Shown here in pieces: positions 56,674 to 64,000 of a stretch of DNA of 64,000 bases. Origin of the DNA: Comamonadaceae bacterium (GTDB lineage: Bacteria > Pseudomonadota > Gammaproteobacteria > Burkholderiales > Burkholderiaceae_C); assembly GCA_027484105.1 (NCBI GenBank), contig JAIXUG010000001.1:27599-91598 (forward strand). Direction: 5' to 3'. Made by a program: the position numbers and the translations under genes. The number at the start of each line of letters is the position of its first letter. Positions within the stretch are counted from its first letter, which is position 1. The notes under the pieces were generated by a model. That model worked only from the letters and a program-made list of their open reading frames with translations, ran no database searches and was not told the DNA's origin.

Positions 56674-58185
56674 TCACTTGGCTGTGGGCATCACAAACTC
56701 AGCGCCTTTGCCGATGCTCTCGGGCCAGCGCTGCATGATGGACTTTTGCTTGGTGTAGAAACGCACGCCCTCTTCGCCATACGCGTGCATGTCGCCAAAC
56801 AGCGAACGCTTCCAGCCGCCAAAGCCGTGCCAGGCCATGGGCACCGGGATCGGCACATTGATGCCGACCATGCCCACCTGGATGCGGCGCGCAAACTCGC
56901 GCGCCACGTTGCCATCGCGGGTGAAGCAGGAGACGCCGTTGCCGAACTCGTGGTCGTTGATGATCTGCACGGCGGTGGCAAAGTCAGGCACACGCACGCA
57001 GGACAACACCGGGCCAAAGATTTCTTCTTTGTAGATCTTCATGTCGGTGGTCACGTGGTCAAACAGCGTGCCGCCCAGCCAGAAGCCCTTGTCGCAACCG
57101 GCACCCGCTTTGGCGCCGTCAAACTCGCGGCCATCGATCAAGAGCTTGGCGCCTTCGGCCACGCCCGCGTCGATGTAGCCCTTGATGCGCTGGCGCGCCG
57201 CGTCGGTCACGATGGGGCCCATCTCGGCGGCCAGGTTTTCACCGTTGAGGACTTTCAAGGTCTTGGTGCGCTCGATGAGTTGGGGGATGATTTTGTCGGC
57301 CACGTCACCGACCAAGACCGCCACCGAGATCGCCATGCAACGCTCACCGGCCGAGCCGTAACCCGCGCCAATCAGCGCGTCCACGGTCTGGTCGATGTCG
57401 GCGTCAGGCATGACCACCAAGTGGTTTTTCGCGCCGCCCAGGGCTTGCACGCGCTTGCCGTGGTGTGCGCCGGTCTCGTAGATGTAGTTGGCGATCGGTG
57501 TGGAGCCGACGAAGCTGATGGCTTTGACATCGGGGTGGACCAACAAAGCATCCACGGCTTCCTTGTCGCCTTGCACCACGTTGAACACGCCGTCGGGCAG
57601 ACCGGCTTGTTTCAGCAGGTCAGCGATGAACAGCGACGGGGTCGGGTCGGTCGGACTGGGCTTGAGCACGAAGGTGTTGCCTGCGGCGATGGCGACCGGG
57701 AACATCCACATGGGCACCATCACCGGAAAGTTGAAGGGCGTGATGCCCGCGACCACGCCCAAAGGCTGGCGCAGGGTCCAGTTGTCGATGCCGGTGGAGA
57801 CCTGGTCAGTGAAGTCGCCCTTGAGCAGCTGAGGGATGCCGGTGGCAAATTCCACGATGTCGATGCCACGGCTCACTTCGCCTTGCGCGTCGGTGAACAC
57901 CTTGCCGTGCTCGGCGGTGATCATGTGGGCCAACTCGTCCTTGTGGGTGTTCAGCAGTTCGAGAAACTTGAACAGCACCCGGGCGCGGCGCAGCGGCGGT
58001 GTATCGGCCCAAGCGGAGAAGGCCGCTTGCGCAACGGCCACGGCTTTGGCCACTTCGGCGCTGTTGGCCAGGGCCACGTTGCCGGTCACGGCACCGGTGG
58101 CGGGGTTGGTCACGGGTTGGCTGCGGCCCGAAGTGCCTGCGGCGACCAGGCCGTTGATGTAGTGGCCGATGTTGGAAATGCTCAT
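56674..58185 (-). CDS. mmsA: CoA-acylating methylmalonate-semialdehyde dehydrogenase
   Basis: ALDH fold with '[12 protein letters not shown]' and catalytic-Cys 'AGERCMA'. 503 aa. Confidence 0.9.
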   Translation of the reverse strand: MSISNIGHYINGLVAAGTSGRSQPVTNPATGAVTGNVALANSAEVAKAVAVAQAAFSAWADTPPLRRARVLFKFLELLNTHKDELAHMITAEHGKVFTDAQGEVSRGIDIVEFATGIPQLLKGDFTDQVSTGIDNWTLRQPLGVVAGITPFNFPVMVPMWMFPVAIAAGNTFVLKPSPTDPTPSLFIADLLKQAGLPDGVFNVVQGDKEAVDALLVHPDVKAISFVGSTPIANYIYETGAHHGKRVQALGGAKNHLVVMPDADIDQTVDALIGAGYGSAGERCMAISVAVLVGDVADKIIPQLIERTKTLKVLNGENLAAEMGPIVTDAARQRIKGYIDAGVAEGAKLLIDGREFDGAKAGAGCDKGFWLGGTLFDHVTTDMKIYKEEIFGPVLSCVRVPDFATAVQIINDHEFGNGVSCFTRDGNVAREFARRIQVGMVGINVPIPVPMAWHGFGGWKRSLFGDMHAYGEEGVRFYTKQKSIMQRWPESIGKGAEFVMPTAK

Positions 58186-58294
58186 GAGGGGCTCCTGGAT
58201 GGAATGGTGTGCACCGCAATAGGGCGCGAAACCGATGGCGATTGCACAGTGTAGGCACCCCCTCTACCCCTCACAAGCCCATAAAACTGAAATG

Positions 58295-58316
58295 ATTGTT
58301 CAAAATAGTGAACAAT
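58295..58316. promoter_or_regulatory. Inverted repeat (candidate LysR operator) between mmsA and its divergent LysR gene
   Basis: Perfect 8-bp arms, 'ATTGTTCA-aaatag-TGAACAAT'. Confidence 0.5.
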
Positions 58317-58322
58317 ACTTGA

Positions 58323-59261
58323 ATGGAAGAGCAAAAAATCAACACCCTCTGGACACACCTGCATTGGTTGAGCGTGCTGGCCCAACAAGGCAGTTACACC
58401 GCTGCTGCTGCCCGCCTGGGCGTGAGCAAGGCCGCCATGAGCCAGCGCATCGCCGAGTTGGAGCGGGCTGCCAAAGTGACCCTGGTGCAGCGCACCACCC
58501 GCAGCCTGCGCCTGACCGAGGCGGGGCAAAAGCTGGTGGACGACACACGCGCTTCGTTTGAGCAGATCGAGCAGAGCTTTGCCCAGGTGCGCGACCTGGC
58601 CGAGCAACCCAGCGGCCTCATCCGCATGACCGCTCCGGTGGCGCTGGCGCGCCAACAACTGGTGCCCTTGCTGGCCGACTTCCTCAAGGCCCACCCGGAG
58701 GTGAGGATCGAGCTGGACATGTCCGACCGTTTGACGGCCTTGGCCACCGAGGGCTTCGATCTGGCGATCCGCCACACCGCCCGTCCGCCCGATACCCATG
58801 TGGCTTGGGCGCTGTGCACCACCGAAACGGTGCTGGTGGCCACCCGTGCCTATTTGCGTAAACAGGGTGAGCCGCAAACCCCGTCCGATTTGCAGGCCCA
58901 CAACTGCCTGCATTACCCCCGCTCGCAAGACACCCCGGCGTGGACTTTCGAGCCTCGCCAGCTTTTGCGCGGTGACGATCGCATCACGGTGCCCGTCATG
59001 GGTTATTTTGCGGCCAACAACAGCGAGGCGCTGCGCGAAGCGGCCCTGGCCGGCGCGGGCATTGCCCTGCTCCCCGACTTCAGCGCCCAAGCCGCCTTGC
59101 GCCAGGGCAAGCTGGTTCGTGTGCTGCCCGACTGGAAACCTGTGGGCGCGTTTGCCGAAACCATTTTCGCCATCCGGCCTTATGCGCCCCACGTGCCCCG
59201 AGCGGTGACCGCCCTGGTGGATGCTTTGCGCCAGGGTTTGGCCGTGGGTTTTCCGGATTGA
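58323..59261 (+). CDS. LysR-family transcriptional regulator
   Basis: HTH 'YTAAAARLGVSKAAMSQRIAELE'. It is divergent from mmsA. Confidence 0.85.
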   Translation: MEEQKINTLWTHLHWLSVLAQQGSYTAAAARLGVSKAAMSQRIAELERAAKVTLVQRTTRSLRLTEAGQKLVDDTRASFEQIEQSFAQVRDLAEQPSGLIRMTAPVALARQQLVPLLADFLKAHPEVRIELDMSDRLTALATEGFDLAIRHTARPPDTHVAWALCTTETVLVATRAYLRKQGEPQTPSDLQAHNCLHYPRSQDTPAWTFEPRQLLRGDDRITVPVMGYFAANNSEALREAALAGAGIALLPDFSAQAALRQGKLVRVLPDWKPVGAFAETIFAIRPYAPHVPRAVTALVDALRQGLAVGFPD

Positions 59262-59897
59262 TCAGCGTCCGGCCAGCACCGGAAACAACTTGTGCAGCCC
59301 GTCGGCCATCACTTCCACGGCCAGTGCCGCCAGAATCAAACCCATCAGCCGGGTCATGACGTTGATGCCGGTTTTGCCCAGAATGCGGGCAATCGGGGTG
59401 GCCAATGAAAAGCACAGTGCTGTGGCCAACGCGATGACCACGCCGTAGCCCACGAGAGCGGCCAGTTGGGCAAAGTCTTTGGCCTTTTCGGCATAAATCA
59501 CCACAGTGGACATGGTGGCCGGGCCGGTCAGCAGCGGGATGGTCAGTGGCACCACAGCGATGCTGGCGCCCATGGCGGCTTTGGCTTCGGCGTCATGCAC
59601 TTCATCGGCATTGGCACGGGATTCAGCGGGTTGGGCGTTCAGCATCGACAGTGCCGATGTGAGCAGCAGCATGCCGCCGCCGACCTGAAAACTGGCCAAA
59701 GAGATGCCAAAGAACGCCAGAATTTGCAGGCCCAGCAAGGCGCTGGCGGCGATCACGATGAATGCCGTCGCAGAAGAGACCAAGATGGTGCGCTGGCGCT
59801 GCACCCGGCTGAAGCCCTGGGTGTAGTGGATGAAAAACGGGACGATGGCCAAAGGGTTGACGATGGCCAGCAGGGTGATGAGGGGTTTGAAATCCAT
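59262..59897 (-). CDS. MarC-family (UPF0056) membrane protein
   Basis: 'LLAIVNPLAIVPFFI' is a MarC signature. It has six TM segments. Confidence 0.8.
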   Translation of the reverse strand: MDFKPLITLLAIVNPLAIVPFFIHYTQGFSRVQRQRTILVSSATAFIVIAASALLGLQILAFFGISLASFQVGGGMLLLTSALSMLNAQPAESRANADEVHDAEAKAAMGASIAVVPLTIPLLTGPATMSTVVIYAEKAKDFAQLAALVGYGVVIALATALCFSLATPIARILGKTGINVMTRLMGLILAALAVEVMADGLHKLFPVLAGR

Positions 59898-59916
59898 TTC
59901 CGGATTGTGCCCGGCT

Positions 59917-60390
59917 TCAAGCCGCTGGCGTGCGACGGCGGAACATGCCCCAGCCTTCCATGTGCAGCACTTTGTCGCCGTGCTGGTTGAACATTTCCCA
60001 CAGGTTGCGGGTCATGCCCACATCGGGGCGTTTGCCCATGGGCTTGGTTTCCAGCACCGTGCTTTGCAGTCGCAAGGTATCGCCCGGGAACACGGGTTTG
60101 AGCCATTTGATGCCCTCCAATCCGGGCGAGCCCAAGCTGGAGGTTTGGCACAAAAAGTTGGTCACCATGAGCCGCATGGCCATGGCGCAGGTGTGCCAGC
60201 CGCTGGCCGACAGCGCGCCAAACACCGAGGCTTTGGCCGCTTCGTCGTCCAAGTGAAAGGGTTGGGGGTCGAACTGGGTGGCAAAAGCAATGATCTCTTC
60301 GCGCGTGGGTGTGATGCTGCCCAGGTCGCGCACTTGGCCTGTGGCCATGTCTTCCCAGTAGTATTGGATGGAGCCTGAGGTATGCGCCAT
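59917..60390 (-). CDS. MaoC-family dehydratase (single hot-dog)
   Basis: 'FDPQPFHLDDEAAK', 'ASGWHT', 'PVFPGDTL'. Only the C-terminal 157 aa of the supplied 411-aa ORF is protein-like. Confidence 0.8.
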   Translation of the reverse strand: MAHTSGSIQYYWEDMATGQVRDLGSITPTREEIIAFATQFDPQPFHLDDEAAKASVFGALSASGWHTCAMAMRLMVTNFLCQTSSLGSPGLEGIKWLKPVFPGDTLRLQSTVLETKPMGKRPDVGMTRNLWEMFNQHGDKVLHMEGWGMFRRRTPAA

Positions 60391-61136
60391 CAGCGGCCTC
60401 CCGAAATGTCCAGAAAACTCATGGTGGTGTAGCTGGCCGCATCCGAAAGCAGCCAGACAATGCCCTGTGCCACTTCTTCGGCTGTGCCGCCACGTTGGGC
60501 GGGCACCAGATGCTGCAGCTCTTTGACCCGGTTGGGCAGACCGCCAGAGGCGTGGATCTCGGTTTCGATCAGACCCGGGCGCACCGCGTTGACCCGCACG
60601 CCCTCTGCGGCCACCTCTTTGGCCAGGCCGATGGTGAAGGCGTCGATGGCCCCTTTGGCCGCGGCGTAGTCCACATACTGAGCCGGTGAGCCCAGGCGCG
60701 AGGCGGCGCTCGAGATGTTGACGATGCTGCCGCCTTCGCCGCCGTGGCGGGTGCTCATGCGGCGCACGGCTTCGCGGGCGCAGATCAGGCTGCCGATCAC
60801 GTTGATGTCGAACATGCGCTTCCATCGCGCCACGCTCATCTCGTCCACTCGGGCGGTCACGTCCACCACGCCCGCGTTGTTGACCAAGCCGGTCAGCCTG
60901 CCAAATTTGGCGTCGATGTGTTCGAACATGCGCAGCACCTGCGCTTCGTCGGCCACATCGGCCTGCACCGACATGGCTTGCCCGCCCGAGGCGCGGATCT
61001 GGCGCACCACTTCGTCGGCCGCCAGGGAGTTGGCGGTGTAGTTCACCGCCACAGCCCAGCCGCTTTGTGCCGCCAACAAGGCGGTGGCCGCCCCGATGCC
61101 CCGGCTGCCCCCGGTCACCAACAAGACCTTGTTCAT
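60390..61136 (-). CDS. SDR-family oxidoreductase
   Basis: 'LVTGGSRGIG', 'NNAG', catalytic 'YAAAKGA'. Its stop overlaps the downstream start (TGATG). Confidence 0.9.
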   Translation of the reverse strand: MNKVLLVTGGSRGIGAATALLAAQSGWAVAVNYTANSLAADEVVRQIRASGGQAMSVQADVADEAQVLRMFEHIDAKFGRLTGLVNNAGVVDVTARVDEMSVARWKRMFDINVIGSLICAREAVRRMSTRHGGEGGSIVNISSAASRLGSPAQYVDYAAAKGAIDAFTIGLAKEVAAEGVRVNAVRPGLIETEIHASGGLPNRVKELQHLVPAQRGGTAEEVAQGIVWLLSDAASYTTMSFLDISGGR

Positions 61137-61217
61137 GTTGTGTCTCCTGCAAAAATGGTCGAGAACGGTTAAAAACCTTGTCTCATTCAAAGATTACACA
61201 ACACACCAGGAGACCAC

Positions 61218-61820
61218 ATGGGTCGCACAGTGGACTATTACTTCGCCCCGCAGAGCCCTTGGGCTTATTTGGGCCACCAGCGCTTGGCCGATACCGTGCG
61301 GCGCACCGGGGCTACGGTACGCGTCATGCCCATCGACTTGGGGGGCAAGGTGTTTCCGATTTCGGGTGGCTTGCCCTTGGGCCAGCGCGCCCCCCAGCGG
61401 CAGGCCTATCGCTTGGTGGAGCTGCGGCGTTTCAGCGAGCACCTGAATGTGCCCCTGAACCTCAAGCCCAAATATTTCCCGGTTGGTGGCGACGATTCGG
61501 CGCGCCTGATCATTGCCACCGATTTGGCGCTGGGTTCGCAGGCCGCCATGCAAATTGCGGGCGCCATTTTGGCCGCTTGCTGGGCGCAAGAGCGCAATAT
61601 GGCGGACGACAAGGTGCTGGCCGAGTTGTTGCAAGAGCAGGATTTACCCGCCAGCTTGATGACCCAGTCGCAAAGCCAAGCGGTGCAAGAGCGCTATGAA
61701 AGCTACACCCAGTCGGCCATCGATGCGGGCGTTTTTGGCGCCCCCAGCTATGTGGTGGACGGGGAGATTTTTTGGGGCCAGGACCGGCTTGACTTCGTCG
61801 AGCGCGCACTGACCCGTTGA
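61218..61820 (+). CDS. 2-hydroxychromene-2-carboxylate isomerase / DsbA-like thioredoxin-fold protein
   Basis: 'VDYYFAPQSPWAYLG', and C-terminal 'GVFGAPSYVVDGEIFWGQDRL'. Confidence 0.85.
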   Translation: MGRTVDYYFAPQSPWAYLGHQRLADTVRRTGATVRVMPIDLGGKVFPISGGLPLGQRAPQRQAYRLVELRRFSEHLNVPLNLKPKYFPVGGDDSARLIIATDLALGSQAAMQIAGAILAACWAQERNMADDKVLAELLQEQDLPASLMTQSQSQAVQERYESYTQSAIDAGVFGAPSYVVDGEIFWGQDRLDFVERALTR

Positions 61821-61849
61821 TGTGATGGTATTGACTTGAGGAGCCCCAA

Positions 61850-62539
61850 ATGGGAGAGATGATCCAGTTGAAATCTGCAGACGGCACGGTGGTGCCGGCT
61901 TACGTGGCCCGTCCTTCGGTCACGCCCAAAGGGGCCGTGGTGGTGGTGCAGGAGATTTTTGGCGTGAACAGCCACATCCGCCAAGTGGCCGATGGCTACG
62001 CCGCCGAGGGCTATGTGGCCGTGGCCCCGGCGGCCTTTCACCGCGTCAAACCCGGGGTGGAGCTGGGTTACACCGATGCCGACATGGGCGAAGGCTTTGG
62101 CTACAAAACGGCGGTCGAGGCTTTGCCCGCGCCGGGTGTGATGCAGGACATTCAGGCGGCGATTGACCATGCGGCCCAAGTCTCGGGTGGCAAAGTGGGG
62201 ATCGTGGGCTATTGCTGGGGCGGTTTGCTGACCTGGCGCTCGGCCTGCACCCTGAAAGGCTTGAGTGCGGCGGCGCCTTATTACGGTGGAGGCGTGACCA
62301 CCGAGGCCGAAACCGCTCGGCAGCCACAGGTGCCTGTGATGGCCCACTTTGCCGAAGAAGACACGTGGATCCCGATGGACACGGTGGCGTCTTTCCAAAA
62401 AGCCCATCCGGAGGTGACGGTTCACACCTACGCGGCGCACCATGGCTTCAATTGTGACCAGCGGGGTTCTTGGCATGCGCCCTCGGCCCAGTTGGCGCGC
62501 CAGCGAACCTTGGCTTTTTTCAAAGAACATCTGGCTTGA
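61850..62539 (+). CDS. Dienelactone hydrolase family protein
   Basis: 'VVVVQEIFGVN', the nucleophile motif 'GYCWGG', and a C-terminal 'HGF'. Confidence 0.85.
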   Translation: MGEMIQLKSADGTVVPAYVARPSVTPKGAVVVVQEIFGVNSHIRQVADGYAAEGYVAVAPAAFHRVKPGVELGYTDADMGEGFGYKTAVEALPAPGVMQDIQAAIDHAAQVSGGKVGIVGYCWGGLLTWRSACTLKGLSAAAPYYGGGVTTEAETARQPQVPVMAHFAEEDTWIPMDTVASFQKAHPEVTVHTYAAHHGFNCDQRGSWHAPSAQLARQRTLAFFKEHLA

Positions 62540-62583
62540 GCTGCCAGGCCTTGGGGGTGTCCGTCCTGGGGGCTTGATGCCGA

Positions 62584-64000
<1,417 letters not shown>

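Noticed and set aside
54937-58254. A very long (1105 aa) plus-strand ORF.
   Set aside because: It is entirely antisense to two well-recognised minus-strand genes (the GMC oxidoreductase and mmsA). Its Gly/Ala/Arg/His/Val-rich composition with no motifs is the typical shadow ORF of GC-rich DNA.
59917-61152. A 411-aa minus-strand ORF read as one protein.
   Set aside because: Only the C-terminal ~157 aa (59917-60390) is MaoC-like. The N-terminal part overlaps, out of frame, a clear SDR gene (TGGSRGIG, YAAAK) and is Arg/Gly/Pro-rich.

Overview
By eye this is a GC-rich, gene-dense chromosomal segment. Its gene content looks betaproteobacterial (Burkholderiales/Comamonadaceae-like): a Bug/TctC binding protein, a TorF-porin-glnK-amtB unit, and many LysR regulators. 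I call about 60 CDS. I found no rRNA, tRNA, CRISPR array, transposase or integrase. CDS coordinates include the stop codon. Many starts were re-picked inside the supplied ORFs, using signal peptides, RBS-like purine runs or ATGA/TGATG start-stop overlaps.

Most of the window is housekeeping or catabolic:
- metH 3' part
- a CoA-transferase / acyl-CoA dehydrogenase / hydratase unit
- 3-oxoacid CoA-transferase A/B
- glnK-amtB
- glcEF
- alr
- mmsA plus a GMC oxidoreductase
- hemB 3' end

The outstanding region is about 15.1-31.2 kb, possibly extending to 38.1 kb. It reads as a selenium-metabolism island with these parts:
- A flavoprotein-SelD fusion (selenophosphate synthetase, SenC-like).
- A divergently transcribed five-gene operon: an ArsS-like radical-SAM/Cys-rich protein, two 'rSAM/selenodomain-associated' transferases, a degenerate metallophosphoesterase and an MTAP-like phosphorylase.
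- A SenB-like selenosugar synthase.
- A heavy-metal-type RND efflux operon carrying a divergent PII-like protein.
- An EgtB-family SenA candidate and EgtD.
- Slightly further on, a PhnCDE-type ABC importer of the kind annotated as a putative selenate transporter.

No selA, selB or selU is visible, so the selD is 'orphan'. The sen-type genes match the published selenoneine logic. The radical-SAM module embedded among them has no established selenium function and is my main candidate for an undescribed pathway. All family assignments come from reading the translations (motifs and remembered family signatures), not from searches.
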